From: Felis catus
Taxonomy: Eukaryota
Assembly: GCF_018350175.1 (NCBI RefSeq)
Contig: NC_058368.1
Coordinates: 140,494,001-140,558,000, forward strand
Direction of reading: 5' to 3'
DNA: 64,000 bases
Numbering within the stretch: the stretch's first letter is position 1; each line of letters starts with the position of its first letter. The position numbers and the translations under genes are program-made. The notes under the pieces are model-generated. The model was not told where the DNA came from. It searched no databases and saw nothing but the letters and a program-made list of their open reading frames with translations. Below, in pieces: positions 61,985 through 64,000 of the stretch.

Positions 61985-63585
61985 CATAGATCATTAGAAT
62001 AGAATCAGGAGTCTACAAATAACTTCTTACATTGACAGTCAATTGATTTTTAATAAGGATGCCAATTTAATGGGGGGAAAGCATAGTCTTTTTAACAAAT
62101 GGTGCTGGGACGACTCTAAATCTACACGCAAAAGAATGAATTCTTTGAGAGGACCCTTACCTCTCAAAATTTACCAAAAAAAAATAACTGAAAATGAATC
62201 AAAAGCCTAAATGTGAAAGTTAAAACTATAAAGCTCTGGGGTGCCTGGGTGGCGCAGTCCGTTAAGCGTCCGACTTCAGCCAGGTCACGATCTCGCGCTC
62301 CGTGAGTTCGAGCCCCGCGTCGGGCTCTGGGCTGATGGCTCAGAGCCTGGAGCCTGTTTCTGATTCTGTGTCTCCCTCTCTCTCTGCCCCTCCCCCGTTC
62401 ATGCTCTGTCTCTCTCTGTCCCCAAAATAAATAAACATTGAAAAAAAAATTAAAAAAAAAAATAAAACTATAAAGCTCTTAGAAGAAGACATAGGTGTTT
62501 GTGACTTTCAGTTAGGCAATGGTTTCTTAGCTATGCCATCAAAAGTACAGGCAGCAAAAGAATGGATGAATGAGACTTCGTCAAAATTAAACACCTTTTT
62601 GTACTTCAAAAGACAACATCAAGAAAGTAAAAAGACAACACATACCCAAAATGAAGAGAGACACTCAAATCATTTATCTGATAAGGGACTTGTATATCAT
62701 ATATAAAGAACCCTTATAATTCCATTATGAAAAGATAACCCAGGTAAAACATGGGCAGTGGATTTGAATAGACATTACTCTAATGAAGATATACAGATGG
62801 GTGATAAGTGTATAAGATTTTCAGTATCATTAGCCATCAGGGAAATGAAAAGAACCAGAATGAGGTGCCACTTTGCATCTACTAGGATGGCTCTAATCAA
62901 AAAGACAGCTAAGTATTGGCAAGAATGTGGAGAAATTAGAATCTTCTTAAACTACTGGTGGGAATATAAAATGTTGCTGCTGCTCTGGAGAACAATCTGG
63001 AAGTTCCTCAAAAGACTAAACACAAAGTTCCCTTAGGACCCAGAAGTTCCGCTTCTAGGTGTATGACCAAGAGAAGCGAGAGCCTCTGTCCATGCAAAAA
63101 CTTGTACACTAATGTTAGTGTACAGGTTAGTAGCAGTGTTCTTAATAGCCAAAAAGTGGGAAACACTCAGATGTCAATAAACTGATGTAATCTGAGATAG
63201 AGCCATACTGCAGAATATTATTCACCCATAAAGAAGAATGCAGTATTAATACATCCTACACCATAGATGAACCTTGAAAACAGTATGCTCATGAAAGAAG
63301 CGAGTCACTAAAGGCCACATATTGTAGAATTGCATTTATATGAAATGTACACAATAGGCATATCAATAGAAAGTACATTAGCGGGTTGGGAGTAACAGGG
63401 TAAGTGGGGAGTGACTGTTGATGGTTGTCGAGTTTCTTTTTGGAGTGATGACAATGTTCCCAAATTGATAATGGTGATGATCTCACAACCCTGTAAGTTA
63501 AAAATCATTGCACTGCACATCTCAAATGGATGCGTGTGTGGTGTATGGATTATTTCTCAGTAAAACGGCTAATAAAACAAAATCA
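61985..63585 (+). mobile_element. L1MB-like fossil (ORF2 3' part plus 3' UTR)
   Basis: tagtctttttaacaaatggtgctggga, aaatgtgaaagttaaaactataaa, tctgataagggacttgtat, cattagccatcagggaaatg, atagatgaaccttgaaaac, ggattatttctcagtaaa. Confidence 0.93.
62238..62462 (+). mobile_element. Young feline SINEC_Fc-type SINE nested in L1
   Basis: Full-length; TSD taaaactataaagctct at 62221-62237 and 62463-62479. Confidence 0.98.
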
Positions 63586-64000
63586 TATTATGTAATTATA
63601 CTGTCATATTGAATTCCATTCTGATTTTAGCCTCGTGGACTAAGACCGTTCCAGTACATCCAGCTCCTCACAGAGACACATTTCCTGAACATCAGGCCAG
63701 TTGTCTCTACATTGTGCTTGTTGTAGGAAGTTTGATAACAACAGACCGTAAAAATCACACTTAGGATTTTTGTTGGTTTGGCTCAGTAACACTGGCTTCT
63801 TTAACAGATAAACCACTGAGTTGAGTTGACAATAGAAGTTCAGTTCTCACTCCTGTAACACTCAGTAATGTAAGACAACAATGAGGGGGCACAGGCACTT
63901 CTTTACCGCAGTTATTTGGGAGCCAGGCTGAGGGAAGTTCTTTGACTTTGCTTTCATGAGTTGTGGTATCCTGCTCACGGACAGCAGAAGAGACAGTGGA

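Noticed and set aside
62758..63036. ORF resembling the L1 ORF2 C-terminus
   Set aside because: Degenerate remnant of the L1MB fossil, not an intact or domesticated gene as far as I can see
63968..63990. REST/NRSE-like cacggacagca
   Set aside because: Only the right half-site matches; the left half (TTCAGCACC) is absent
1..64000. CRISPR arrays, operons, or a novel multi-gene system
   Set aside because: The sequence is mammalian repeat-rich non-coding DNA; recurring ~200-bp units are dispersed SINEs, not regularly spaced repeat-spacer arrays, and no coding cluster is evident

Overview
This window is eukaryotic, non-coding DNA, almost certainly from a cat (Felidae). It holds more than 20 tRNA-derived CAN-SINEs, at least six of them near-identical young feline copies (SINEC_Fc type) with intact CpGs. 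It also holds carnivore-type L1 3' ends, older L1M/L2/MIR fossils, MaLR (MLT1) LTR elements, hAT and Tigger DNA-transposon fossils, and many microsatellites. I recognise no protein-coding exon: the supplied ORFs are explained by SINE/L1/microsatellite read-through or chance. The window looks like a large intron or intergenic interval, and I cannot identify the host gene. The clearest non-obvious signals are: (1) a 34-nt 3'-truncated U2 snRNA retrocopy with a 16-bp target-site duplication (46991-47024); (2) a young SINE without a TSD that appears to replace part of an MLT1 internal region (56618-56833); (3) two sites apparently re-targeted by successive SINE insertions; (4) fold-back palindromes in or next to transposon fossils; (5) non-B DNA tracts; (6) candidate RFX/CTCF motifs and cryptic exons. 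I found no credible evidence of a novel multi-gene biological system. Repeat family names come from my recollection of consensus sequences, and boundaries of old elements are approximate.
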